In this document: piece after piece, positions 39,621 to 55,739 of the stretch
How the letters are laid out: the number at the start of each line of letters is the position of its first letter
How positions within the stretch are numbered: position 1 is the first letter of the stretch
Assembly (NCBI RefSeq): GCF_001194135.2
Contig: NC_068992.1
Location: forward strand, 50,033,968 to 50,093,674
Source: Octopus bimaculoides
Lineage: Eukaryota
DNA: 59,707 nucleotides
Direction: 5' to 3'
Translations under genes and position numbers: made by a program
The notes under the pieces: model-generated
What the model was told of the DNA's origin: nothing
The model's input: the letters and a program-made list of their open reading frames with translations, nothing else
Database searches by the model: none

Positions 39621-40562
39621 CAATAAGCTGCTTAAAAACCCCACATCAAACAGGAATTTCAAGGTGATTGTTATTGTTATGAGGTCATACAAGTCTCGTT
39701 GCCTGGTTGGTCATTGTCAACTGTATCAACTTGTGCAGCCAAGATAATCTTGTGGGAAAATTTTGTAGGTTATTGTCAAATTTCATTATCATCATCATTG
39801 TTGTTTTATCGGCTAAATTTCCATACTTGCATGAGTCAGAGAGAATTACATCAGGGCAAATTTTTCTATGGCTAGATGCCCTTTCTGTCACCAGCCACTT
39901 TACAGAGTGTACTGGGTGCTTTTACATGGCATTTCATGGGTACTTTTATGTGGCACTGCATGGGTGCTTTTACATGGCACCACCATAAATGCTTTTTTTA
40001 CATGGCATTGGCACAGAACACTTTCAGTTAAATGAATTGACACTATTCTATTGATATCTTTTGCTGAACCACTAAGTTACAGGGACATAAACACACCAAC
40101 ACCAGTTGTCAAGTGGTGGTGGTGGACAAACAGACACACATGCACACACACACACAATGACTTGGTCATTTTATAAGTGTTTGTATCTCCTTGTCTTGAC
40201 ATCATGTGATTGGAATTGAATGATGTTCATTTAAAACAACAGTCTACAAAAAACATGTCTGGCCATGGGAAAATATTGCTTTGCTTGGAAACAGGAGGGA
40301 CATGTGGTAGTAGGAAACTGCCTCACTAAACTCCACCCAACCCATGCAAGCATGGAAAAATGGATGTTAAAATGATGATGATGCATACATAAGCACATGT
40401 CCCCTACCCCCACATGGACTTCTTTCAGTTTCTGTCAACCAGATTCACTCTCATGGCTTTGGTCAGCCCGCAGCTATAGTAGAAGACACTTAGCCAAGGT
40501 GCCATGCAGTGGGATTGAACTCTGAACCATGTGACTGGTTCTTACCACACAAAACAAGCAGC

Positions 40563-40799
40563 TTCTTATTTCTTTATTGCCCACAAGGGGCTAAACATAG
40601 AGGGGACAAACAAGGACAGACAAGGAGATTAAGTCGATTACATCGACCCCAGTGCGTAACTGGTACTTAATTTATCGACCCCGAAAGGATGAAAGGCAAA
40701 GTCGACCTCGGCGGAATTTGAACTCAGAACGTAACAGCAGACGAAATACCGCTAAGCATTTCGCCCGGCGTGCTAACGTTCCTGCCGGCTCGCCACCTT
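40563..40799 (-). mobile_element. Intact SINE family B nested in a family A SINE
   Basis: Head aaggtggcgagccggcaggaacgttagcacgccgggcgaaatgcttagcgg; candidate 10-bp TSD gcagcttctt at 40558-40567 and 40815-40824. Confidence 0.9.
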
Positions 40800-42849
40800 A
40801 AAGCCTTAAAATAGGCAGCTTCTTACCAAACAAAATAAAATAAGAAACTTTTACAAATTGTAATTACAGGCTAATTAGTGCTGGTTAGAACTAGTTAGTA
40901 TGGGAATTAAAAATTCCACAAGTCTAATTAGATCTAAAGAAATAAGCTATCCAAACTCAAAGCAGAAAAAAATAGCTGTTGTTATTGCTTAGACTCGGGT
41001 CAGTTCTGACTGTGCATACCTATGATTTTAAAGAGATTTCAGACATAACTACTACCATTCTGCTCTTCTACTGAGCATCCTTTATCCAATGTATCTCCCC
41101 CTTTTGAAGAGGGTAGAACAATCTTTCCATAACCAAGAACTGCTTTTATTTAACTCTTTTGATACCAACCTACCAGGGACCATTCTTGGTTCTATGATAC
41201 AAAGTTCCAATTTTAAAATTATCTAGATTAAGATCGTCCATAAAAATTTCATGCTAATTTATGATTTATACATCAGCTTAATAATAAAGTTATTTTACTA
41301 TATTCCTCATTATTTTCAGAACTAATTGAATTTCAACAGAAATTTGGTAACAAAAAGATTTTAAATGAATTTTCCTGTAGAGCTCCCACTCATTTCAAAG
41401 AAATAACAACTCATTAATCCAATTTAATTAATTAACAACAAACTTATTCTCCCAGTTTCATTTCCTAATTAAAATAAATTTGTATCTGAATATTTATATA
41501 TAGGTCTAAGTGTGGCTATCTGGTCACAAGTTGTGTGTGTGTATGTATGCATGTGTGTGTGTGCGCGTGTATGTGTGAATGTATGTACATGTGTGTGAAT
41601 GTGTGTGTGTATGCATGTATACCTGTATACAAGCATGCATGTAAATGCTTGAGCATGTGCGTGGGCGTGTTGCTGTCTCCATACCTGGACCTTTCATGCT
41701 AGTCATAAATGAATGTCATACAAGGAGTGTCCTTTGTTTCCAAAATTCTGTAAAAGCATGCTTGGTCATGGGGAAATAGATGAGGGTTGGTGACTGAAAG
41801 GTCATCTGGTTGTAGAAAATCTGCTTCAACAAATTCTATCTGACCCATGCAAGCATGGGAAAGTGGACATTAAAACTATGATGATGGATGATTTGAGTAA
41901 TTGTCTTTCCTTTGGATAATATTGGTGGTGTGGGTGACAACTGGTCTTCCATAAATGCTTGGGTGACAACTGGTCTTCCATAAATGCTTGGGTGACTACT
42001 GGTCTTCTATAAACGACCTTGCTCGGACTTGTGCCTTGGAGGGGAACTTTCTTGGTGCAATCCCATGGTCCATCATGACCAAAGGGAATCTTTACCCTTT
42101 ACTTTAAAGATATATTAGCTATACAGGTACAATTTTTTTTTATATACAGAACACAGGTATTTGAATCAACCAAACACACACTGTAAAATGAAAAGCACAG
42201 TCTAAGAAAAGAAAAATAAATTCCTTGATGAAGGTCTTGGCTGAAAATATCAGGATTTGGCTGTTTCTTAATTCCCCTAGCATACAGACATAGCCAAATT
42301 TGCACATACTATTAACCAGCCGACTAGAGATTACCACCTTTACCTCTACAATACAAACTTTGTTTTAAACCTTCATGTCATTTCAAACATCAGTTTAACA
42401 ATGACCAAGTTATTTTACTAAATTCTTTATTATTTTCAAAATTAAATGAACGAAAGCTCTGTATAATGGTAAAAAAGAGGTTGACCCTATTGATAGCAAC
42501 CCATCTAAAATTGTCCCTAGTTCTATGAGGCAAGCATTTAAAAAAAAATGATTTGAATTAAAACCTTCCATCAGAATTTCATGTTAAATTATGTTCCAAG
42601 CACCGAATTCATAATGGTTAAGTTCATTATCATCATCTTTATTGTTTAACTTCCGCTTTCCATGCTAGCATGGGTTGGATGATTTGACTGAGGACTGGTG
42701 AACCAGATGGCTACACGTGCCAGGAGTTATTTTATTAAACTCTTCATTATTTTCCTAAATAAGCAATGCAGTTCAATAGAAATAAGGTAAAAGAAGGAAT
42801 TGACCAGACTCTCTTGGATAACAGAAAATAATTCTTTGATTCCTACTTA

Positions 42850-43972
<1,123 letters not shown>

Positions 43973-44938
43973 CTTTTGCCTATGGTAGAAAGAATTATCA
44001 TCTCACTGGAAACAATAGTTTATCTCAACTGGGATGGTCATCTTTGGCTTTTATCCTTCTGAACTAGATAAGTACAATCACAAATGTGTAGTTAAGAAAT
44101 TAGTTTCTTAATTAATTACTGTGTCCATCAACCTATCTACACGAGTGGATAAACTCAACAAAGAGTCAATGACCACCCAGCAAACATCACAAATTTAGTG
44201 GATGGGATTCTATTAAGGCCTTTGAGTCAAGCATTACTAACTCTCTCGGTCACTCTTTGCAACTGGTATTTACTCTCTCAGATGTATTGGTTTTCGTTTA
44301 TCTATGACCCAGGGAGATCAGGACAAGAACAACCCAAGGTGTTTTAAATTAATCCTAAGATTATCTTTCACATTGCCAGAAACAACAGACACTAGCCATT
44401 ATTAAGCCTCGCACTGTGAAATCAAATTTCCCATTTAATCTAGGATTGTTGTTAAATATGTACAATAAATAAATAAATAAAACGATAAAACAAAAGGAAA
44501 AAAAACCCATAGCCTCAATAAACTTGACATCATATCTCAACGGAAGATAGTTTCAAACATGACATCCACTAACAAAAGCTAGATTGGTTTATAAAACAAC
44601 TTTCCACACTTAAGGCTTTTGAAATTTTGAGTGGATATATCTGTTTTCTGTAGTAGAGGGGTTAAAGCTGTAATTATTGTCAATGAATCAAATCCGAGGT
44701 TTTGTTATTTTTCAATAATCTTATTTTTATTATGTATTTTTCCAGTGCAATCGAGAGCAGTTATGTGAACTTTGTTTGTTCAGTGTTTTCTTTGGCTTTT
44801 GTGTTCTCTATTGTGTCGAAAGTCCTCTACATAGAGGTACAAGCTTGGTTTATGGTTAGAAAAAATTGCTTCCTAAACCACCTAGTTTTAGATTCAGTCC
44901 AATTGTGCTGCATCTTGGGCAAGTGTCTTCAACTAGAG

Positions 44939-45189
44939 CAGGGGTTTTCAAACTTTTCTGGCTTTACCTTTAGGGACCCCCTTATAAATGCTTCTGAAAT
45001 TTATACATAAATATTTGCTTAAAATAACATATTTTTACATTTATTTATTTAACAGTATTTAACAAATAGGTTTATTGTCAATTAAAAGTTTTCGATTAAA
45101 AAAACATATATAAAATCAAATTGCCCATAAAAAGTATTTGCTGTCCACGGACCACCTGTGGTTCACGGACCACAGTTTGAAAACTCCTG
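44939..45189. mobile_element. hAT (Charlie-type) MITE, 251 bp, inserted in a family A SINE
   Basis: 16-bp TIR cagg(g/a)gttttcaaact (1 mismatch); 8-bp TSD aactagag at 44931-44938 and 45190-45197; the SINE sequence resumes after the TSD. Confidence 0.9.
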
Positions 45190-45937
45190 AACTAGAGCAC
45201 TAGGTGAGCCAAAGCCTAGTGAATGGATTTCGTGGACAGAAACTGAAAGAAACCCATTGTGTGTAAGTGTGTGTGTTCAAATGCTACTGAGGTTGATTTT
45301 GCCTTTTATCCTATTGGGACCAATAAAACAAGTAGTGGTCGAGCACTGTAAAGTTATTTTCATAAGGGTTGGTTTCCCAGTTTCTATGGTCTATAAATTC
45401 CCCCCCAGGATGGGACGCTGGTCCGTCACAAGTTCGCTCATTTTTGCCAGCTGAGTGGACTGGAACAATGTGAAATGAAGTGTCTTGCTCAAGAACACAA
45501 CGCACCACCTGGCCCAGGAACTGAAACCACAATCTTACGATCAGGAGTCCAACACCTACAGTGCCTCAAGCACTGGGATCAATGTAATCAACTAGCCCAC
45601 CTTCTCCCCAAGAATAATTAATATTATTAAGGTGGTGAGCTGGCAGAATCTTTAGCACGTCGGACAAAATACCTTGCAGCCCCTCTTCCAGCTCTTTACG
45701 TTCTGTGCTCAAACTTTTGTTCAAGCATTTTGTCCAGCGTGCTAAAGATCCTGTCACCTTGCCATGTTTCTGGTGTGATGATAATAAAATGATAACAACA
45801 ATGGTTATAAAGAGGAGTACAAGACAACAAAATTATCGTTTGACATGAATTAATTTTCAAAAGAGAGAGTAATATAAATGTGTGAGACAAGCTGTTTGCC
45901 AAAGTCATATCACTTCAGCTTTTGGTCTCAAGTGTTT

Positions 45938-46001
<64 letters not shown>

Positions 46002-46268
46002 NNNNNNNNNNNNNNNNNNNNNNNNNNNNNNNNNNNNNNNNNNNNNNNNNNNNNNNNNNNNNNNNNNNNNNNNNNNNNNNNNNNNNNNNNNNNNNNNNNN
46101 NNNNNNNNNNNNNNNNNNNNNNNNNNNNNNNNNNNNNNNNNNNNNNNNNNNNNNNNNNNNNNNNNNNNNNNNNNNNNNNNNNNNNNNNNNNNNNNNNNNN
46201 NNNNNNNNNNNNNNNNNNNNNNNNNNNNNNNNNNNNAGAAAGAGAGAAAGAGATAGAGAGAGAAAGAA

Positions 46269-46299
<31 letters not shown>

Positions 46300-46314
46300 A
46301 AGAGAGAGAGATAA

Positions 46315-46349
<35 letters not shown>

Positions 46350-46402
46350 AAGAAAGAGAGAAAGAGAGAGAAAGAGATAGAGAGAGAAAGAGAGAGAGAG
46401 AA

Positions 46403-46450
<48 letters not shown>

Positions 46451-46640
46451 CATAAGCCATGTGAGTGTGTGTGTGTGCATACAGGCAATCCTCAAGATTA
46501 GACCATTTGATGTTCATACTCCTCAAAGTTTCAGAAATCTGAAGAGTGCAAAAGTTTAACCCTTTTGCAACCATATTTTTGCTGAAGCACACTGCTTTCG
46601 ATCATTATTAAGCTAATATTTGGAACATAGATTAACATGT

Positions 46641-46947
46641 TTGTTGGCACTCCGTCATTTACGACGTCAAGGGTTCCAGTTGATCCGATCAACGGAACAG
46701 CCAGCTCGTGAAATTACCGTGCAAGTGGCTGAGCACTCCACAGACACGTGTACCCTTAACGTAGCTCTCGGGGAGATTCAGCGTGACACAGTGTGGCAAG
46801 GCTGACCCTTTGAATTACAAGCACAACAGAAACAAGAATTAAGAGAGAGAGAGAAAGTTGTGGCAAAAGAGTACAGCAGGGTTCACTACCACCCCCTGCC
46901 GGAGCCTCGTGGAGCTTTAGGTGTTTTCGCTCAAATAACACTCACAC
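46641..46947 (-). mobile_element. 5'-truncated SINE family D with 12-bp TSD
   Basis: agattaacatgt at 46629-46640 and 46948-46959; lacks the tRNA-like head. Confidence 0.9.
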
Positions 46948-48973
46948 AGATTAACATGTAGTTTTCATGAAAGGCTTTTAATTTAAACCACTTAAAAAAC
47001 AAGAAGTTTGCATCATAGAACCAGGAACAGTCTCAGGTGGGTTGGCATCAAAAGGGTTAAACAGAGGAATGTCATGGACAACCTGTGGCTGTTCTATTGA
47101 CGAATATTTAGTAGTGGCATTTTAATCCAATACACCATAATTAATGGGTGTTTCTTTGGTCTAAAACCGAACCAACTGGAGCAATATCTCAACCACATTA
47201 ACATGGATAAATGTGGCAAGTGCATTGATGAAGGCGATAATAGGACAGAAAAATACTGATGTGTGTGTGTGTGTGTTCATAATGTAGAAAGAAAATATGT
47301 GCAGGACACATAATTGCATGTATACACTTGTACAGACAAGCATATACAGACATATGCATTATTCTCAGATAGCAATGCTATTATGTATGTGTTCATATTG
47401 TAGACACAAAATATGTATATAACACATACAGTTACACATGTATGTATTATTCACATACATATACTTATGTATGTGTGTGTGTGTGTGTGCGTTGTTTGTA
47501 GACATAAGTACAAAAAACATACACATATGCTATATATATACATATAGTTATGTGTTTGCTCATATTGTACTTAAATGGACATATAGATGTACACACACAA
47601 TTTCACACACACACACACACACGAACAAAAATACCTACACACACATACATGATGCAAGCACACATACACAACCCAATTTCTAAACATGCACAGAATACAA
47701 TGCTGCAATCACATTGTTTTCAATAAATAAAATAAAAGAATTGGTTCAACTGGATAACCTGAATAAAACAAAGAAAGAATTGTATTTGCAGAACTATCGA
47801 GACTTCTATCAGACATCATGCTTTGTGGCAGTTTAATTCGGCTGCCAGGGAAACGTCTAGTAAGTGTAAAGAGATGGAGTATGTGGTTCAAAATTGGTTG
47901 TTTTTACATTTTTCTCCCCACCCAAATAATCAGTAGATTATAATAAAATTTGAAATATGTAATACAAAAATTCAAGAGAAGACAGATAGAATTGAGAGAA
48001 GATTGAATGATTTAACTATCACGAAGTTGGTTGGTTGTTTGTATTTTTATCTGTGGCTTAGAAACTGAATGTAGGGTGACCTAGAAAAATGAACTTTCAG
48101 TGTCCTAGAAAATGTCTTTGGTATTGCATGAGTGTTGTAAATGAATGCCATTCATTTCCAATATTCTGCACAAAACATGTCTGGCCTTGGGGATATATTA
48201 CTTGCTGGGAAACAAGAAAAGGTTGGTGCCATGAAAGGCATTTAGCCTATATATATATCCTCATTTAACATCCACTTATCCATGCTTATATGTGTCTGAT
48301 GTAATTCATTGAAGCAGATTTTCTATGGCTGAATCATGCACTTCCTGTTTAAGTTAAGTTTTGTGGTATTATGGCCCATTCAAGTAGGGGGTGGTTGTTG
48401 ACTAAGATGTATTCCAGTATTGGTAGCCTATGATAGGATGTTTTCCTTCTTTGATTTGTCCTAGGATTTTGTTAAATAGAGCAGGGCCTGCTGAGGAAAA
48501 GAAACTGTGCTGCAGTGAATTTATGTGTTGTGATCCTGAATAGGGGGCTTATAACACATGGCTCCAGCATTGGAGGAATTCTGAATCTAATGTTAAGGTT
48601 GTTTAAGTGATGCTGGTGGTATATTCTTGATATATAAGCAAAAAAAAAACAAATGTGTTCTTACTTATTTTATTCCTGAAATCTTTCCTACATTGGGTCT
48701 GGAAGTTAAGTGAACCATGAAAATACATACCGGAATATGTGTGTGATTTTACAAATACATGTATTTGTATATTGATGAGTATATTGATCTGTTCATGTAC
48801 ATGCATACTTAAGTGGTAGGACAAATCCATATATGTACATTAATATAGTCGTGAGTGACCATATATGCTGTTGATACATGGATATGCTATTCTCGGCCAT
48901 AACTTGGTGTCATTATTAAAATACCTCGATTCAATAATATCCTGCAAATAATTATGTGTGTGTGGGTGTGTGA

Positions 48974-49010
<37 letters not shown>

Positions 49011-50055
49011 TCATCTAAAAGTCTATAAGACAGGAAAAAGATGCACTCATATATTTGTCAATAGAGTGCATATATCATCTGAAGTGTACAGTATTATATA
49101 TCCACCATGGCTGATCTTACCAACTGGTTTTGCACTAGGAGTACAATGGAGTGTTAGGTGACAATCTGATTATATAACCTTACGCTCATCAGAGGTAGCT
49201 GATATGGAATGAAATATGGTGACTGCTCTCTATTGTTGGAGGTGAAAGGACACATCCGGTTTGTAGTTGCTGTGAAAAGATGATGAAACAAACACAGTAG
49301 GGGATTTAATTAAGGGTTATGTTCCTTGGTACCAAGACATCGCCACTAGGTTGGTTTGGTGTAAGTCGGCAAGAGCTATCATGAAGTGCTTGTGGGAATT
49401 GTGGGCGATATATATATATATAGTGTGTGTGTTGATTTCCCATCTACACACTAATGCATTCCTCCATCCATTCATTCAGCAAACTTCAGCACCCATTCAT
49501 TAGGTGATCAGCTAACCAAATATGGATGAGGAGAATGACTGGGTGGATGGATGGATGGTATATCTCTGACTGGTAGAGATGTTCCTGTCATGAGTGTTAC
49601 CTTAGCTATGGCTCAGATAATGAAGAGCAATAAGAAGGAGAGAGAGAGAGAAAGACAGACAGACAGACAGAGAATGTTGTGGGAGTGAAACAAAGAATCC
49701 TTACTTGCTTATCATTTATCGACATCAACATCCTTATCATCATCATCACCATCATGTACACATTAGAAACACTATATTGAAGTTTTTTTTTACGTATAAA
49801 CTAACAGTGGCCAATGAGCAACTGTTGAGTTGTGGAGGTAACATTATCTTTGGGTGTATATATATGTGTGTGGATGTGTGAATGCACGTATGTATGGGTA
49901 TATGATGTGTTTGTTTATGTGTGCGCGATTATATTTGTATTTTAATGTGCGTAGGCATTTGTGTGTATTTCTGAAAGTGTCTACATTTGTAAATGTATGT
50001 ACACAATTACGCATGTAGAATAGCATCAAGAATATATGTAGGTATATATGTTATA

Positions 50056-50110
<55 letters not shown>

Positions 50111-50173
50111 GCAGAGAGAGAGAGAAAGAGAGAGATATTATTCACCTACGCACATCTATGTGTGTATGTGTGT

Positions 50174-50208
<35 letters not shown>

Positions 50209-50546
50209 GTATGCATGTATATGTATACACACACACAGTTAGGTAAATGATTGTGTTTACAAACAAGATGAAACAAAATAATATTCAATACAATAAATAA
50301 AGCATTCTGTGAAACCGAAACTTCGTGACTTGTGACTAGTTTCATGTTCCTGTGTATGTGTGTGAAAGTGAGCATGCATCATAATATTTGCACAGATTTT
50401 GTGAATGTGTATATGGGTCTATACACCTGTGTACATGTAGCTATGTGTTTGGTCGTTTATACCAAAACACTGAACATATATATATATACACACATCATAC
50501 ACAAAGACATATAAACAACATACACACACTCACAAACACATAAACA

Positions 50547-50584
<38 letters not shown>

Positions 50585-50804
50585 CATACACAGATGTATT
50601 TATCACCCCCTCCACACACACACACACACACACACACAAAACATTACATATACACACATTTACATACACCTCCTTTGTCCTTAGATCAGATCCTATCAAT
50701 TTTCATGGACGTGTGTTCGTATTTATATATAAAGCCACACACATACAAATACATGTATTTGTGCATATGTGCATCTATCTATCCCTCATTATATATATAC
50801 ATAA

Positions 50805-50859
<55 letters not shown>

Positions 50860-53800
50860 NNNNNNNNNNNNNNNNNNNNNNNNNNNNNNNNNNNNNNNNN
50901 NNNNNNNNNNNNNNNNNNNNNNNNNNNNNNNNNNNNNNNNNNNNNNNNNNNNNNNNNNNNNNNNNNNNNNNNNNNNNNNNNNNNNNNNNNNNNNNNNNNN
51001 NNNNNNNNNNNNNNNNNNNNNNNNNNNNNNNNNNNNNNNNNNNNNNNNNNNNNNNNNNNNNNNNNNNNNNNNNNNNNNNNNNNNNNNNNNNNNNNNNNNN
51101 NNNNNNNNNNNNNNNNNNNNNNNNNNNNNNNNNNNNNNNNNNNNNNNNNNNNNNNNNNNNNNNNNNNNNNNNNNNNNNNNNNNNNNNNNNNNNNNNNNNN
51201 NNNNNNNNNNNNNNNNNNNNNNNNNNNNNNNNNNNNNNNNNNNNNNNNNNNNNNNNNNNNNNNNNNNNNNNNNNNNNNNNNNNNNNNNNNNNNNNNNNNN
51301 NNNNNNNNNNNNNNNNNNNNNNNNNNNNNNNNNNNNNNNNNNNNNNNNNNNNNNNNNNNNNNNNNNNNNNNNNNNNNNNNNNNNNNNNNNNNNNNNNNNN
51401 NNNNNNNNNNNNNNNNNNNNNNNNNNNNNNNNNNNNNNNNNNNNNNNNNNNNNNNNNNNNNNNNNNNNNNNNNNNNNNNNNNNNNNNNNNNNNNNNNNNN
51501 NNNNNNNNNNNNNNNNNNNNNNNNNNNNNNNNNNNNNNNNNNNNNNNNNNNNNNNNNNNNNNNNNNNNNNNNNNNNNNNNNNNNNNNNNNNNNNNNNNNN
51601 NNNNNNNNNNNNNNNNNNNNNNNNNNNNNNNNNNNNNNNNNNNNNNNNNNNNNNNNNNNNNNNNNNNNNNNNNNNNNNNNNNNNNNNNNNNNNNNNNNNN
51701 NNNNNNNNNNNNNNNNNNNNNNNNNNNNNNNNNNNNNNNNNNNNNNNNNNNNNNNNNNNNNNNNNNNNNNNNNNNNNNNNNNNNNNNNNNNNNNNNNNNN
51801 NNNNNNNNNNNNNNNNNNNNNNAAGCAGGCAGAATCGTAAGAATGCTGGACAAAATGCTTAACAGCATTTCTTCTGCTCTTGCATTCTGAGTTCAAATCC
51901 CACCGATTTCGATTTTACATTTCAGCATTCTGGGGTCAAGAAAATAAGCACTGGTTGAACACTAGAATTGATGTGATTGACAAACACTTACCACCACTAG
52001 AATTACTGGCCTTGTGTCAAAAATTTGAAAGAATTATTGCTATTGGCTGAGGAGGTGGATGGAAGAACCAGAAAAGACAAGTCTTCACAGCACACAAAAT
52101 GAGATCAAAGATTAGATTTCTAACCACATGGTTCTTGGTTCAGTCCCACTGCATGGCCCTGTAACTTTGTGGTTTGGCAACAGAGCCTGATATAAGTATC
52201 AGCCATAAAAAGTAATGAAGTTGATTCATTTGACTAAAAATTTTTCAAGGTGGTGCCCCAGCATGGCCACAGTCTAATGACTGAAACAGGTAAACTATAA
52301 AGTTTGCAAAGGGTGGGGGTGATGGGAAACAAAGTGAGGACAAAAAAAAAAATCAAGACTTGGGATATGATATAGAATAAAGTGGGAATGGTGAAAGAAA
52401 GTGTCTTTGGTAGAGATAGGGTGATAGTGGTGGTGGTGGTGGTGTAGTTAGTGGTAATGGTGGTGATGTAGGTGGTGGTGTAAGGGATGAGAAATCCTTG
52501 TCCAACATTTCCTGACGGGCAGAAAACATTAAACACATCTGAGTCAATATTTAACTTTTTGGGTGTCAAACATCAATAAATTCTTCTGTTTAGGTAAATT
52601 TACCTCTGTGAGAGAGAGAGGGGACGGGACGGAGAGAGAGAGAGGGGACGGGACGGAGAGAGAGAGAGGGTGGAGGGGGGAGAGAGATGGCTGTTGGACG
52701 AAGACGGATAAAGGAAATAAAAGACCTATTGGAATACATAGCTATTAAGTCAAAATCTGTATTGTTGTTAGTGTTGTTGTTGTTTCCTGTCTAGTGAACT
52801 TGTACATAACAGTTTCATACTGACCACTGAGCTTTCGAGTTTAAAAAATTTTTTTTTTTATCAAGTGTTCAAATCTACCTTGGGATTAAGGTTGACTTTG
52901 TCTTTCATCCTTTCAGGATCAATAAAATAAGTACCAGTTGAGCGCCAGGGTTGATGTAATTGATTATCCCCCTCCCCTAAGAAATTTCAGGCCATGTGCC
53001 TATAGTAGAAAGGATTATTATTATTATTAATAGTAATAATAATGATGATAATAATAATTGCTCGATTTGGAACAGCAAGAAAAATTCTTCATATCTAAGG
53101 AAACTGGTTGTGACCCAGTATCAAGGACATTGATTCTGAATGTAAAGCATTTGTGCACATCACAAATAATAATAATAATAATAGTAATAATAATAATAAT
53201 AATAATCTGATATCAGAAAGACAAACACACAAAAAGGCAAATAGAGACAGACAGACACATGCAGATAGATAAGACACAAGCAGATGGATATGTGAAAACA
53301 GCAATTCTTTAAATAGTCTTATCTGCAGGGTATGTAATGACAAAATGTGTTAATACAACAAGAGCAAACAATTGTCTTGTACACAGAGGCAACAGACACA
53401 TGTATAGATGCACGCACACACACACACACATATACACACATTTGTGTGAGTGTGTGTACATAGAAGTCTGTATCTGCTGAGGTATCTACAATCATATAGA
53501 ATCCCACACCATCTCATATCAATCCTATTTCCAATAGACACCAATTGCTCACACTTCCAAGGTAAGCAAATGGTTTCAATCACAGAAAGACAATGTAAAA
53601 TATTTGTAATTTACAGACAATATTGACAGATCACAGTCGTGACAAGCGTTGTGGTGGTGAGTGTCAATATTATGGAGTTGTCAGTATTCTACTATAGTCT
53701 TAGTATGCTTGGTTGCAGTGGTTAGACATACTTGATTTAGTGTGGTGGTTGCACGGTTAATGGAGGAAGAAAAAGAAAAGAAACGCCAGAGGAACCCCAA

Positions 53801-54396
53801 CGTTTTAATGTTGGAGGGATTGACATTGCCATAATGAGCTGAAATCATTGTGGTCACTAGCTAACAAATGATAAGGAAGTGGGTCCCAGTGCAAAATCTA
53901 TGTAAAGTTTAACTATGACTTCTACTTACTAACCACCATTGTTCATAAAACCCTGTGGTAAGTAGTTTGCTTACTGACCACATGATTCTGGGTCCAGTAC
54001 CATTATTATTAAGGACTCACACAGTCTAAGTGATGCCAGTATGAGACAAACAGAGCAAGCTTAGCATGGAGAGAACAGATCCCTCCCTCCCTGCTCACTA
54101 CTCTCTTTCTCTCTCTCTTTCTTGCTCTCTTTCTTGCTCTCTATTTTTATTCCACATCTTAACTGATACCAATACATCACAAGAAATTCTTCTATAATCA
54201 CCTTGCCTCTTCGACCAACTGACACATGCAGGTACACACACGCAACAGTCTTCCAAGATAAAAGGCTGGAGAATCAGTGAAGTTCATTTGTTTCTTGAGC
54301 CAAAAAAACCCCACACAATATGAGCATCAAATGTGTGGTTTTAGTATGGTCTATAGTTTAATGAGACAGAGTGGGGAGAGAAGAGGTAGGAAGGAA

Positions 54397-54459
<63 letters not shown>

Positions 54460-54489
54460 NNNNNNNNNNTTTTTAAGATGTGTGTGTGT

Positions 54490-54523
<34 letters not shown>

Positions 54524-54709
54524 AAGAGAGACTGACAATGAGAGATAGGCAAAGAAAAAAAAGATCAAGGATTCAACAAATTGATTGACAAGACAAGAAT
54601 TAGATTGGTTGGTATCAGTAATTAATGACAGGGTTTCGTATGCGATGAGCCTGGGTCTTGTTTTTAAGATGTGTGTGAGAGAGAGAGAGAGAGAGAAAGA
54701 AAGAGAGAA

Positions 54710-54740
<31 letters not shown>

Positions 54741-54741
54741 A

Positions 54742-54786
<45 letters not shown>

Positions 54787-54818
54787 GCTTCACATGATGA
54801 GCAGACTCATTTTCAAAG

Positions 54819-54888
<70 letters not shown>

Positions 54889-54920
54889 GCTTCACATGAT
54901 GAGCAGACTCATTTTCAAAG

Positions 54921-54965
<45 letters not shown>

Positions 54966-55702
54966 GAGTTTTTATGAGTCATGCCCTGCTTCAAAGATAA
55001 GATGGATGGGAGTTTTTTGTACATTAAGTAAGAAATGTCAGGATTAATCTCATCTGATGGCACAAAAACACTACTTTTATGCAATTTTATAGACTGAGAG
55101 AGAAAAATGAAAAATGATAAAGAGAAATGAAAGAGATAGATAGAGAGAGAAAGAGATGAATAGAAATAAGAGAGGGAGAAAGAGAGAGGAAAAATGAAAG
55201 AGACCTAGAGGTGGATAGAGAAGAATTTGACATTGTGTAAAGTAGAAGTGTTAAAGGCTTACAAGTGTTGTGTTGGGAGTGGGTTTAGGGAGATGGGAAG
55301 AGAAGAAAACAAAACAAACCCCACACCCTAAAAGACGAAAAAAAAAAAAAAAAACGTAGGAAAAAATCCAACAACAACAAAATTTGGCATCATAACTCAT
55401 TGGTGATTAACTGTAGCAAACACTTCTGGAAGGTAAAACACAAGAGATCCAAAGATAAACAGACAACAGGAGTAAAGTAATTAGTGAAGAATGTAAATCA
55501 AAGACGAAAAAAAACAAAAGGCCTTACAACAAACAACAACAGAGGTTTTCAGATTCTGTGAAGAATTTTTTTCCTAATTCTTTCTTCAAGGTGAGCTTTT
55601 CCACCAGGTGAGACAAAGTTATGAGAAATATTTCAACTATCAGAAAAAAGCTTCCCAAAACATACGTTTTACTTTCATTTTAGGTATTTTTGTTTCGTTT
55701 AT

Positions 55703-55734
<32 letters not shown>

Positions 55735-55739
55735 ATAAT

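Noticed and set aside
54781-54925. Exact duplication of gaggaggcttcacatgatgagcagactcattttcaaagataa between (GA)n tracts
   Set aside because: Best explained by microsatellite-mediated slippage or an assembly artefact next to a gap.
55565-55615. Plus-strand microexon-like signal (pyrimidine tract-AG, 17 nt, GTGAGA)
   Set aside because: An isolated motif with no partner exons or frame; expected by chance in AT-rich DNA.
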